64,000 nt of DNA. Source: a virus. Its lineage: Duplodnaviria; Caudoviricetes. Where the stretch lies: IMG/VR virus record IMGVR_UViG_3300002026_000017, positions 1-64,000 of that record. The stretch is one strand, 5' to 3'. This document shows, piece after piece, positions 29,071 through 39,275 of this stretch; positions within the stretch are counted from its first letter, which is position 1; each line of letters opens with the position of its first letter. A program made the translations under genes and the position numbers. The notes below the pieces were generated by a model. It searched no databases. It saw only the letters and a program-made list of their open reading frames with translations, and was not told the origin of the DNA.

Positions 29071-29835
29071 TTATATGTGGGTTTCCCATTTAATATTTTG
29101 TGTTGTTCCAAATCCTAAATTTCGAACATATTTTCTCCATTCAATAATTAATTTATTTGCTCTAATTCCATCATAACTACGACTAGGAACAAATATAGCA
29201 TTATGCCAATCAGTATATGGAAAAATAACTATTTGTTTTTGTCTTTGTGGAATATACATTCTAACACAAAAACCTGCACCATATTTCAATAATGGTTTAA
29301 CAAGGAATTTATATTTAATTTGTACAGGTCCTTGACGTTTATAAAATATTTGATAACGATAAAGTTTTTTATACATTTCAAATATTGTACATAAAATTAC
29401 AATACGTATTTTTGGTGGAACAAGATGTAAATTAAAACCTAAATTTCTTGGTCCTTCTTTTGTAATTATTGGTCCTAAACTTAGTACTAAGGGATATTTA
29501 TCAAACCAAGGTAATGATGGTTTATCCTTACCTTTTGGATTAAAATATTGGAAAGTAAATAATTGACCTTGTCCAAGTAATACTTTTTTATATCGATATT
29601 TCTTTGGTTCCTTAAAAACTGTTTTATGTAACCAACTTAGTGCCTTAGATGCTGGAACACCAGATTTTAACCAAGGATTATTTTTGATTTTTGTTCTTAA
29701 TGAATGTTTACCAACATTTAATTTAAAATCATCGATTTCTTTTGAAGGGTCTTTTCCTTCAGCATCTTCTAATGATTTTTTATATTTTTCTTTGTAAAAA
29801 TCATCAACAGAAATAGCAGATTTTTTTGTTCTCAT
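29071..29835 (-). CDS. gp2: DNA end protector protein (T4 gp2-like)
   Basis: GQLFTFQYFNPKGKDK..LPWFDKYPLV...LGFNLHLVPP matches gp2 motifs. Confidence 0.8.
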   Translation of the reverse strand: MRTKKSAISVDDFYKEKYKKSLEDAEGKDPSKEIDDFKLNVGKHSLRTKIKNNPWLKSGVPASKALSWLHKTVFKEPKKYRYKKVLLGQGQLFTFQYFNPKGKDKPSLPWFDKYPLVLSLGPIITKEGPRNLGFNLHLVPPKIRIVILCTIFEMYKKLYRYQIFYKRQGPVQIKYKFLVKPLLKYGAGFCVRMYIPQRQKQIVIFPYTDWHNAIFVPSRSYDGIRANKLIIEWRKYVRNLGFGTTQNIKWETHI

Positions 29836-29839
29836 TTAT

Positions 29840-30607
29840 TTACCAAAATCCATTAGTATTTATATATTCTGTATGTTCTTTTTGAAATTTTAATTTAGTA
29901 TATTTAAAATTAATCGTAACTAATTCCTTATATACTAAATCTCCTGAACCTCTACCTACATAACCTGGTGTTTCATTTGAAAATTTAGAAGAAAGTTTTT
30001 TAGTTGAAAATTCAATATCATTAAATCCACTATTTTCAATTAACCATTTCCAAGCAAAACCATAACCAGATGTGAATTTTTCTAAATTTTTAATAAATTC
30101 AGCATCACCTTCATAATTAATATCTAATCTTTCAGATTCAAGAAATTTCTTTTTGTAATCGGTTTTATATTCAGCATATACTTTATTTTCACCATATTTA
30201 TTTTTTAAATAATTTAAAAATGATATATCTGAAACATCTGAATCATAACCTAAAGAAGCTATTTTTTCTATTTTAATAGCTGCAACTTGTAAATTTAATT
30301 GTTCAAGATTTTTTGAAATTGCTTCAATAATAGTCTTTCTTACTTTTAAATCTTTATAACTTGAAATTAAAATTTCTTCAATTTCTTTTGTATAATCAAA
30401 ATAACTTCTAAATCTACTATCTTCATTATATTGTTTATAAAGAAAATTCCCTAATAAATTTGAATTATTTTCTACTTTACAAAAATCAGCATAAGGATTT
30501 ATTGCTTTAGGTGCTTTACCTTTAACACCTATATATGAAGTTCCACAATCATGAAAATATTGTTTTAATTCTCCAAGCTCTTCTAATGTTAATGTTTTTA
30601 ATTTCAT
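29840..30607 (-). CDS. Hypothetical protein
   Basis: 255-aa ORF. Confidence 0.7.
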   Translation of the reverse strand: MKLKTLTLEELGELKQYFHDCGTSYIGVKGKAPKAINPYADFCKVENNSNLLGNFLYKQYNEDSRFRSYFDYTKEIEEILISSYKDLKVRKTIIEAISKNLEQLNLQVAAIKIEKIASLGYDSDVSDISFLNYLKNKYGENKVYAEYKTDYKKKFLESERLDINYEGDAEFIKNLEKFTSGYGFAWKWLIENSGFNDIEFSTKKLSSKFSNETPGYVGRGSGDLVYKELVTINFKYTKLKFQKEHTEYINTNGFW

Positions 30608-30619
30608 TTTTTTTTTTGA

Positions 30620-31564
30620 TTAACCAATTATATATTTTGTTGCAATTGCATCACAAAATTCTTTATAAGTTTCAACACCTTCAACACCACAAACATCTAT
30701 ACCTCCCTCATATCCATTTATATAAATATCTGAACTATTTGAAGTAATATCTAATATTAATGTTTGGGGACTTTTACCTATTGATGTACCACCAACAAAA
30801 TTTCTTCCACCTGTTAATTTATTATACCAACGAGCAACTTTTTTAGCATCATCTAAACAATGATAACCATTTCCTTTTAACCAATCCATTATATTTGAAG
30901 GTAATGAAACTTTCAATCCACCAAATTTAGATTTTGTTAATTTTTTACGTTTATCTTCAACAATTTCTTCAACAATTCCTAATAATTCTCTTGACCATTT
31001 TTCACATTCAGTTATTAACAATGGAAAAGTTTCTTCATTAATATTTGAATCATTACCATTTTCATCATAAGAATGACTAAATTTTCCATTTAAAAAGAAA
31101 ATTGAAAATTCATTATCGTTTGTTTCTGTTGTTAATACAAATTCTGTTGTTTTTTCAGATGGAGTTACTTCAATTAATGTAACAACCCAATCACCAATTA
31201 ATTTAACATCATCATTATCATCAACATAAGGAATATCAAAAACACCTAAAATAAAATCTTTTAATTCTTCTGTAGATAAACTTGAAGCTATTTTAGTTCT
31301 TATTGAATTTGGAGAATTCATATCTAAAGTACTCATTAGATAAGCAATAGCTTCTTTTTCATCATTAGTATATCCTGTAAAATACATTCTAAATGATGGA
31401 TAATCTTTAAATGTATTTGCAACTAATGAAATTAAATTCATTGATTTAACAGCTGTTATTGATTTGCCATTAACAATCATATTAAATTCTTTAGAAAATT
31501 GTCTTTCTAAAAATGAACGAATTTCTTTAGATTTTGTAAAATTTGTTAATTTAATTCCTTCCAT
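30620..31564 (-). CDS. Hypothetical protein
   Basis: 314-aa ORF. Confidence 0.7.
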   Translation of the reverse strand: MEGIKLTNFTKSKEIRSFLERQFSKEFNMIVNGKSITAVKSMNLISLVANTFKDYPSFRMYFTGYTNDEKEAIAYLMSTLDMNSPNSIRTKIASSLSTEELKDFILGVFDIPYVDDNDDVKLIGDWVVTLIEVTPSEKTTEFVLTTETNDNEFSIFFLNGKFSHSYDENGNDSNINEETFPLLITECEKWSRELLGIVEEIVEDKRKKLTKSKFGGLKVSLPSNIMDWLKGNGYHCLDDAKKVARWYNKLTGGRNFVGGTSIGKSPQTLILDITSNSSDIYINGYEGGIDVCGVEGVETYKEFCDAIATKYIIG

Positions 31565-31592
31565 GATTTTTTAATTTATAATTTTTAATTTT

Positions 31593-32108
31593 TTAAACAC
31601 AAATAACATCAACAATAGAATTTATTGATTCATTATCTGTTATTAAATGTGGTCCTTGTTCAGAAAATCCTAAAATAGTATCATTTAATTCAAAATAATA
31701 CATTTTGTCTGAATCTCCATTAGATAAATTTTTATTTATTATTTCAAATACATTATCATTATAATCTATGTATATACAATTTTCTAAAATATCTGGATTT
31801 ATTGTATATTTTATCAATAAATTTATTAATGAAAATTTATTTGTATAAGTTTTGTCATCAATTACAATTATTAATTTATATGTATTGAATTCAGCAAATT
31901 TACTTAATAATTCTTTATATGTAAGAACTTTCGAATCCACATACAAACCATCAACTAATCTTGTTGTTAATGTAAATTTTTCAATTTCAATATTTGATAA
32001 ATCTTGGAAAACAATATCACAATTTATTTGACACTTTAAAAAAGCAACCAATTTTTTATATTCAATATTTTGGAGTATAATACCACCATCTTTTTTAATT
32101 AATTCCAT
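31593..32108 (-). CDS. Hypothetical protein
   Basis: 171-aa ORF. Confidence 0.65.
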   Translation of the reverse strand: MELIKKDGGIILQNIEYKKLVAFLKCQINCDIVFQDLSNIEIEKFTLTTRLVDGLYVDSKVLTYKELLSKFAEFNTYKLIIVIDDKTYTNKFSLINLLIKYTINPDILENCIYIDYNDNVFEIINKNLSNGDSDKMYYFELNDTILGFSEQGPHLITDNESINSIVDVICV

Positions 32109-32109
32109 A

Positions 32110-32580
32110 TTAAAATATTTTTGTTTTTAAATGAGTTTCATTAATAACTCTAAATATATAACCATTTTGTTTTGACCATTCTAATGCAGCTTTCCATTTA
32201 CGAGCATTTTTATAATGAACTGGGTCTCTTTGAATATCCTTATCTGTTTTAGGACTTTGGCTTAATGGTTTAACTTCAACCAATATTTTTTGTCCATTTT
32301 TTAATTCAACAAGAAAATCCGGATAATAATTATGTCGAACATCTACAAATTTACCATTTTTCAATTCCCTCATTATATAGGGAATTTTAACTCCTTCTGA
32401 TGACCATTTTAAAACTTCTGAATTAAATTCACATAATCGCATAAATCTTAATTCCCAACCAGACCTATATATTATTGGTCTTTCACCAACATATTTTGCT
32501 GGATTATATGAATCAAATGTACCTTTTTTAATTCCCTTTCCTTTATTGGTTTTTGGAACAAATGATTTAATATTACCCAT
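32110..32580 (-). CDS. gp4: Head completion nuclease (T4 gp4-like, TnsA-type fold)
   Basis: NPAKYVG..IIYRSGWELRFM..WSSE..IPY..HNYYPDF..LVEVKP. Confidence 0.88.
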   Translation of the reverse strand: MGNIKSFVPKTNKGKGIKKGTFDSYNPAKYVGERPIIYRSGWELRFMRLCEFNSEVLKWSSEGVKIPYIMRELKNGKFVDVRHNYYPDFLVELKNGQKILVEVKPLSQSPKTDKDIQRDPVHYKNARKWKAALEWSKQNGYIFRVINETHLKTKIF

Positions 32581-33246
32581 TTATTTTAAATAAATTCCCG
32601 TATATTTACCAAAATTTTCTTTTGTTATCAAAAATTTTGACAATAATTTATTTGAAGAACCATTCTTTAAATAATATATATTAGTAGTATTTTTTGTTAA
32701 ATTTATTACTATTTTGAAATAATAATTGGGAATTGTTATAATACCAAGTTTTCGTAAATTAGTTTCTTGATATAAATCACAACCAGTAATTATAAATAAA
32801 TCATCAGTTTTTGCAATATCTCTAATTGATTTTTCCAATCTTTTCCAAACACCCCTATTAAATTCTATTTTTTGTGGTGTTGCATTTGTTATTAAATATG
32901 ATGAATGAAATGATATGAAATTAAATGAAGCATCTTCAGCATTATATAAATGCCCCCTATCTATACCACTATTTTTATAAAATTTACATAATGAATGCGT
33001 TAATCTTTTATCTTCAAAAAAAGTTCCAACCCCATTATTTTTATTAAATTGTTTTGTTTTATTTGGACCTAAATCATAATAAACAAATAATGATAAATTA
33101 TCATTTTCCGAATAATAATTTGTATACCATAATTGTTCTAATTTACGATATTTTAATTCACTAGATATTGAATCAACATATTTATCTATTTGTCCATATC
33201 CAAAATATCCAAATAAAATAAAAATACTAATAAATAATTTTTTCAT
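32581..33246 (-). CDS. DNA/RNA non-specific endonuclease (NucA-like) with signal peptide
   Basis: DRGH active-site motif, NATPQ..FNRGVWKRLE; N-terminal MKKLFISIFILFGYFGYG|Q. Confidence 0.85.
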   Translation of the reverse strand: MKKLFISIFILFGYFGYGQIDKYVDSISSELKYRKLEQLWYTNYYSENDNLSLFVYYDLGPNKTKQFNKNNGVGTFFEDKRLTHSLCKFYKNSGIDRGHLYNAEDASFNFISFHSSYLITNATPQKIEFNRGVWKRLEKSIRDIAKTDDLFIITGCDLYQETNLRKLGIITIPNYYFKIVINLTKNTTNIYYLKNGSSNKLLSKFLITKENFGKYTGIYLK

Positions 33247-33260
33247 AGTTTCTAATTTAA

Positions 33261-34406
33261 TTAAACCATATTATCAACTTTGATTATAATGGTATTTGTT
33301 TGTCTTTCATCAAAAACATTATTTTCGACACCACTAATATTTTTTCCTGAATTATAAATATTTTCGGAATTAACAAATAATTCTAAACCATAAGGTAATA
33401 ATATTGATGTATTTTCAATAAATTCTGTATCAATACCAAATAATGTTCCAAATTCAAAAATAACAAATGTTTTATTTTTTTCAACACTTAAATTATTTGA
33501 TAAATTTAATTCATCTTTATTAATTAAATTATATTTACAAGAATTTTCAATTGAATCTGATATTGTTAAATACATTGGTAATTTAGCGTTATCTTCTAAA
33601 AATAATTTAATCCAGTTTTTAGCTGATTCTTTTGTTTCAAATGATAATACACTATATCCTTGTTTAATTGTATTGAAAGGTAAGTTTTGTAATTGTTTCG
33701 TAATATCAATTATATATTTATAATCAATTACAGAAATATTGTTTAAAAGTAATTTTTTGTTTATTGAATTTATTTTATTAATAAAGAAATCCGATATTGT
33801 TAATCTTTCAGAATCAACTATATTAGTTATATTCTTTAATTTATGTAAAATTAAAGAATCAGCTATTGAATCTGAATTATTAAATGTTTCTGTTAATATT
33901 GGATTAATATTTTGGGGATTATTATTAAAATCTGTTATGTTATGTTTACAAAATGGTGAACGTAATTTTGTTTGCCATGTATTAAAATCCCAAATATCTT
34001 TATTTAAAAAATCATTACCAAATTGTCTACATGTAATATCAATAACTATATTGAAATTAGAATCCTCTAGTAAAATAGCAGTGTGCCATTTGTTTTGTGA
34101 ACCATTATAACAAAAACCATAATATTGTTCCTTAATATCAATTGATATTAATTTAGCTCTAGCATTTCTTGATTGTAAATTTAATTGAAAAACTTCATCA
34201 TATAATAAAGCTTCTGATGCACTAACACACCACCCTGTTGTACCTGTAGCACTTCCAAATCCTTCAGGAGTATCTTCAAAATTTGAATATCCTTTTGAAC
34301 CTTTCCAACCTAAACCACTACCAGATATTACATCACTCCGTTTTTTGAAATTATCAATAACTTTTTGCCAAGATTCAACTATTGTAAGTAAATTATTTTG
34401 TTCCAT
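33261..34406 (-). CDS. Hypothetical protein with papain/transglutaminase-like Cys-His-Asp motifs
   Basis: GWCVSAS, WHTAIL and VIDITCRQF motifs. Confidence 0.55.
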   Translation of the reverse strand: MEQNNLLTIVESWQKVIDNFKKRSDVISGSGLGWKGSKGYSNFEDTPEGFGSATGTTGWCVSASEALLYDEVFQLNLQSRNARAKLISIDIKEQYYGFCYNGSQNKWHTAILLEDSNFNIVIDITCRQFGNDFLNKDIWDFNTWQTKLRSPFCKHNITDFNNNPQNINPILTETFNNSDSIADSLILHKLKNITNIVDSERLTISDFFINKINSINKKLLLNNISVIDYKYIIDITKQLQNLPFNTIKQGYSVLSFETKESAKNWIKLFLEDNAKLPMYLTISDSIENSCKYNLINKDELNLSNNLSVEKNKTFVIFEFGTLFGIDTEFIENTSILLPYGLELFVNSENIYNSGKNISGVENNVFDERQTNTIIIKVDNMV

Positions 34407-34412
34407 TTTATT

Positions 34413-35615
34413 TTATATTAGGTCTAATTTTTGTATTATAGTGGGATTTGTATTATTTTTTGATTTTGCAAAAAATTCATATTCATAACCAATAACAATT
34501 TTTTTGCCTGAATTTTCTTCATCTAATTTATTATTAACTTCTTTAGAATCTTTTGGTAAATAAACTTCTAAATTAACAATACTAAATGGTGTTATTTCGT
34601 AAATTAAATTTTTCATTGTAAGAGATATTGTTTTACCGCCAATATCTTTATTTATTCTATCATTATAATAGGGAAAATATGAATTTAAAAATCGAGAAAA
34701 TGTATTTTCAGTTTGATTACCAATACCAATATCTTTACTTACTAAAATTTTATTATTGGTATCAGTTTTAACATCATATTTATTATTGTTATATACATGA
34801 GTTTTTCCTATATTAGATGTTATTGTATAACCACTAGCTAAAAATTTGGTATTTTTTTTATCTGAATCATTTTCATTAAAACCTGTATTATCATATACAT
34901 TTGTTGTTATAATAATATCTTTTTCAGCATCATTAACTTTACCTTCAAATATTTTAAATTTATCTACTGGTTGTTTTCTTAATGTTTCTATATCGGAAAC
35001 ATGAAAATATCCAAATGTATCTAAACACCATATATTATTTGTATATTTTTCTACGGTTTCAATAAAAAAATCTAAATGTTTTTTATTTGTATTCAAACAA
35101 TTTTTTAAAGTATTTGTTAATGAATTGTTTGAATATGTAAACAATCCCATTTTTGTTATAGAACAAATATCTTTAAATATATCTGAAACATTTTTATCAT
35201 TATATGATTTTTGTATTGAATCATATAATTTATCATTAAAAAATTCACCGATAATATATATGTTTTTATCACCTGTATCACTTGGAATATTTAAAATAAT
35301 ACCATTAAATTTTAAATACCAATCCTTATAACCAATAAAAATTATTATTTTATCAATAATTTCTTTTTTAAGTGTTTTCCTAATTTTATATGTTGAATCT
35401 TCAACAATTAATGAAAATTTTGGTATCGAATTATAATAAATTTTTAAATTAAATTCCTGTATTTCACCAGCCCCTAAAACATAATCATTAATTTTAATAA
35501 CCGGCATTGTAGGTCCCCAAGCATCTAAAATTTGTTCAGCAGCTTTTTCATCATTATCATTAACTTCTAATTTAATATCTTCAACAAATAAATTTGGTTC
35601 TATTATTATTCCCAT
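34413..35615 (-). CDS. Probable baseplate hub protein (gp27-like)
   Basis: 400 aa, beta-rich; ends with a SGKKIVIGYEYEF strand typical of hub proteins; neighbours are baseplate genes. Confidence 0.5.
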   Translation of the reverse strand: MGIIIEPNLFVEDIKLEVNDNDEKAAEQILDAWGPTMPVIKINDYVLGAGEIQEFNLKIYYNSIPKFSLIVEDSTYKIRKTLKKEIIDKIIIFIGYKDWYLKFNGIILNIPSDTGDKNIYIIGEFFNDKLYDSIQKSYNDKNVSDIFKDICSITKMGLFTYSNNSLTNTLKNCLNTNKKHLDFFIETVEKYTNNIWCLDTFGYFHVSDIETLRKQPVDKFKIFEGKVNDAEKDIIITTNVYDNTGFNENDSDKKNTKFLASGYTITSNIGKTHVYNNNKYDVKTDTNNKILVSKDIGIGNQTENTFSRFLNSYFPYYNDRINKDIGGKTISLTMKNLIYEITPFSIVNLEVYLPKDSKEVNNKLDEENSGKKIVIGYEYEFFAKSKNNTNPTIIQKLDLI

Positions 35616-35621
35616 TTTTGT

Positions 35622-36050
35622 TTAAAAAGAAATTATACCACTATTATTATCATATTCAACTTTTTTCATTGTTATATTTAATTTAGGTAATGCCGTAGTT
35701 TGGATATTTTTTAATATTTGATTTTTCTGAAGATTAAATTGACTTACACCATTAATATTTTCATTTGTATCATCAACAACATATATATTATTTATTAATT
35801 CATTTAGATTTGGTAATTTAAAAATTGTTCCAAACGAAATATTAGTTATATCAGCTATGTTATTAAATATTAATATTAACGGTAAATACATCATATCACC
35901 ATAATATTGTAATATTATTTTATCAATTTTATTAAATGTTTCATTATTTATTTTTATAACCCCAATTAAATTTATATTATCAATATCATCAATATAATAT
36001 TTATCCACATTTACATAGAAATCATAATCAGGAGCTTTATTTAATTCCAT
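35622..36050 (-). CDS. Baseplate wedge LysM-like protein (gp53/TailX-like)
   Basis: KIDKIILQYYG..YLPLILIFNNIADITNISFGTIFKLP. Confidence 0.65.
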   Translation of the reverse strand: MELNKAPDYDFYVNVDKYYIDDIDNINLIGVIKINNETFNKIDKIILQYYGDMMYLPLILIFNNIADITNISFGTIFKLPNLNELINNIYVVDDTNENINGVSQFNLQKNQILKNIQTTALPKLNITMKKVEYDNNSGIISF

Positions 36051-36052
36051 AT

Positions 36053-36697
36053 TTATCTATCTTTTATTGTTGATATTTTGAAATCTTTTTTATTAAATTC
36101 AGGAATCATAAAGTTGCTTGTCATTCCATTAAAAGCAAATCCAGCATCAATTGTTTTAGCTTCTCTAAATTGTTGATTAAATGCAAATTCTAATCCGGGA
36201 ATACTACTAATAAAACAATCAAAAAATACAAAATTCATTAATGGAATATTTGCAGCATTATGTAATGTTATTACTATACTAAAATCCGATATATCTCTTT
36301 TTCTTTTGAAAAAATTATGGAATATTTCATAAATAAACATATAATTTAATAATGTATTTCTGAAAGTAATATTTATTACTGATTCAGTAATAACATCTTG
36401 TAATGCTGTTGTTCCTGGATATTGTCTATTTATTGTTGTTGCTTGAAAATTTGCTGGTGATGAACCAATAGGTCCAAATTCAACATTTTTCATATTTGGA
36501 ATACCTGTAACATTTAATAATTGTAACTGTAAACCTGGTATCGATAATGATTGAATTGATTCTTGTAGAGAATCCTTAATATTTTTGATAGGTCCATTAA
36601 TATGAAATAAATAATCATCATATTTTTTAGCTATTTCATTATCAAAAATATTATTTGAAAATTCTATTGTAAATTTATCAACACTAGGATTTAACAT
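36053..36697 (-). CDS. Tail tube-fold protein (gp54/gp3/gp19 family)
   Basis: QSLSIPG, INITFR, FVFFDCFISSIPGLEF and DAGFAF pattern. Confidence 0.6.
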   Translation of the reverse strand: MLNPSVDKFTIEFSNNIFDNEIAKKYDDYLFHINGPIKNIKDSLQESIQSLSIPGLQLQLLNVTGIPNMKNVEFGPIGSSPANFQATTINRQYPGTTALQDVITESVINITFRNTLLNYMFIYEIFHNFFKRKRDISDFSIVITLHNAANIPLMNFVFFDCFISSIPGLEFAFNQQFREAKTIDAGFAFNGMTSNFMIPEFNKKDFKISTIKDR

Positions 36698-36715
36698 ATG
36701 TTTTTATTTGAAACG

Positions 36716-36747
36716 AATTTAAGCGAAACTTTCGTTTCGCTTAAATT
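36716..36747 (-). terminator. 14-bp stem hairpin with GAAA loop
   Basis: AATTTAAGCGAAAC-GAAA-GTTTCGCTTAAATT between HNH stop and next start. Confidence 0.6.
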
Positions 36748-36751
36748 TTGA

Positions 36752-37486
36752 TTATTTAATTATATTTTCAATATCATAATTTAATATGGAAAAATAAACT
36801 TTATCAGAAATTCCATTTTTCCATTTATTTGCAACATTTATGATATGTTTTTTCTTTTCTGTTATATAAACTTTTGAAGCTTCATCAATTGTTTGATAAG
36901 TTCCAAAAGTTATTAATTTATCAAAAATATTTATACTCACCTGATAATTATTTCCATGTTTTGATACTCCTGTAGGTAAATTACCTGATATTTTAACTGT
37001 AAATAAACCACTTATTTCTTGAGGAATAAAACAACAAGTATCTGGACCATAAATTTTATTATCTTTCGTATTTGAAATAATATCTTTATCTAAAACAAAT
37101 CCATCAATATAATTTTTCTTACACCATTCAGCAAAAGTTTGAAAATTATACCATCTTTCATCAACTGTACAACCAATATAAGTTATATTTTTATCATGAT
37201 ATTTTTTATCATAACATCTTCTTAACATTTGTTGCCACAAATCATAAAATTTTAATGAATTAATTTTATTATAATTTCCAATACCTAAATAACCAATATT
37301 GAAAACACTTGGTTTATTTGGATTTTTTAATAACCCCGATTTAATATTAATATATTGATTATTATAAGTAATTGTATTATCATCAATAAATTTAATTGTT
37401 ATATTTTTTGAATTAATATATTCGATAATTTCAACTTTACCATTATATTTAGTATTATGTATTTCTCCAATTCTTTTATATATCAT
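36752..37486 (-). mobile_element. Free-standing HNH-AP2 homing endonuclease
   Basis: WQQMLRRCY, CTVDERWYNFQTF, LDKDII, YGPDTCCFIP, LPTGV..YQVSI..FGTY; start refined to ATG 37486. Confidence 0.85.
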
Positions 37487-37487
37487 A

Positions 37488-37838
37488 TTAATTATTTTGA
37501 TTATTTGAAAAAACAGAATCCAAAGAAACATACAATTCCTTTTTATGATACAATTTATTGTGATGCGAAATCAAATCATTTTTTATCATTTGAGTGAAAA
37601 AAGCAAAAATATTTGTTGATTTTGTTTCATCGTATTTTTCCCATTTTTTCCAAGCTTCTGTTAAAGCATAATTTACACAAGCATCATTATCAAGTTTATT
37701 TTTTGAACCAAAAGTACCAACATAATTTTTTGCTATTTTTTCAAACATCAACAATAATTTATCTGAACATTTACCATTTTTTTTAGATTTATTATATTCA
37801 TCTTGAAAATCTTTTGCTTTCAAATAAATGACACCCAT
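37488..37838 (-). CDS. gp55: Late-transcription sigma factor (T4 gp55-like)
   Basis: YLKAKDF, MFEKIAKN, KYDETKSTNIFAFFTQMIKN matches gp55 FD..KS.N.FAYFTQI. Confidence 0.8.
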   Translation of the reverse strand: MGVIYLKAKDFQDEYNKSKKNGKCSDKLLLMFEKIAKNYVGTFGSKNKLDNDACVNYALTEAWKKWEKYDETKSTNIFAFFTQMIKNDLISHHNKLYHKKELYVSLDSVFSNNQNN

Positions 37839-37841
37839 ATA

Positions 37842-39275
37842 TTAATATAATTTATGATTATTTATATAAGCATTCAAATTCGTTAAATTATTATCTAATT
37901 TATCTGAAAGATTTTTTCTTGTTTCATTTAATTTATCAAAAGCTGGTGAATTTTCTTCAGCAATTTTTAATAAATTATCTGTTTCAATAATAGCTTGATT
38001 TAATCCATCTTGTTCTTCATTTAATTTTTGTATATTATTAAATTTATCTGATGTAAATTGTTTTTCAATTTCTAATTGACTTTCAAATAATCCAACCAAT
38101 TTATGATTTAAAATTTTATTACAGTTTTCATTTAATACAATATAACTTTCAAATAATTGTGTTTCATTTAAACCAGTACCAGAAATTATTTTTGGTGTCC
38201 CTTTTGAATTAGGTTCTAAAACAACATAAGTATTTTCATTTAGATTTCTTATGGTTTTCAAATTATCGATTTTAATAAGTTTATTATGATTTTCAGTTAA
38301 TAAAATCATATTATCAGCATCTCTAATATATGCTTGTTTATTAAAATTTGGAAATTTTGTTGTATAAATATCAATAGATTCCATTAAAAATGGAATAATA
38401 TCTCCTTTATTAATTGTTGATATTACTTCACTATTTTCATTGAGAATATTTAATTCTCCATTTTTGGTTAATTTCAAATCAAAATCCCATTTTTCGTTTA
38501 ATGAAAAATGTTCTTCAATTGGATTATATGTTAATTGTTGAATAGCAGACATCATTCTTTTATGTGAATCAGGAATATTTAATTCAGCTAATTCATTACC
38601 AGGAATACGATTAAATTCTTTTGTTTCCCTATTTATTGATAAAACATCTGATTCAGTTAATAATAACATTCTATTATTTTTAATATCTTCCATGCTTATT
38701 GCAACTGGAGAATACATAATTAAACTATCATTAACTAATGTTTGATTATTTTCATTAATAACCATTGTTACTTTCGCTGGCTCTTTTAAAATTTTATTTT
38801 TACCATCCGGTATTAATTCTGATTTAATATCCATTAATAAATTAGATTGTAATTTATCAAGCAAACCATTTTTTATTCCTTGTTCTATAATTGATGGTGT
38901 TTCATTAAATAATGATTCAAAATCTTTTATTGTATCTTCAACAGATGGAAAACCTGCTCTGTGCATTTCTTTGAAATGTTCTTCTTTAGCTAAATTAACT
39001 AAGAAATTCAAATCACCACCATTAACGGTTCCTTTAATGAAATTAATAACATCAGTAAATTTTGCATCATTTGGAGCTAATTTTTCTGCATTTGTTGTAA
39101 ATTCTCTTAAATCCATCATTGGTGTTTTGGATTCATTTAAAGTTGTTAACATATTCGACAAAACATTATTACCAGCTATTGTATTAGCTTTTTCGTTTTG
39201 TATTTTATTAGCTATTTGAGAAACTATCCCAGCGTAACTATTAGGTCCTAAATAATCTATAATCATTGAATCCAT
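37842..39275 (-). CDS. Hypothetical protein, candidate protease-processed head core protein
   Basis: 477 aa with eight LNE motifs; coiled-coil C-terminus. Confidence 0.65.
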   Translation of the reverse strand: MDSMIIDYLGPNSYAGIVSQIANKIQNEKANTIAGNNVLSNMLTTLNESKTPMMDLREFTTNAEKLAPNDAKFTDVINFIKGTVNGGDLNFLVNLAKEEHFKEMHRAGFPSVEDTIKDFESLFNETPSIIEQGIKNGLLDKLQSNLLMDIKSELIPDGKNKILKEPAKVTMVINENNQTLVNDSLIMYSPVAISMEDIKNNRMLLLTESDVLSINRETKEFNRIPGNELAELNIPDSHKRMMSAIQQLTYNPIEEHFSLNEKWDFDLKLTKNGELNILNENSEVISTINKGDIIPFLMESIDIYTTKFPNFNKQAYIRDADNMILLTENHNKLIKIDNLKTIRNLNENTYVVLEPNSKGTPKIISGTGLNETQLFESYIVLNENCNKILNHKLVGLFESQLEIEKQFTSDKFNNIQKLNEEQDGLNQAIIETDNLLKIAEENSPAFDKLNETRKNLSDKLDNNLTNLNAYINNHKLY

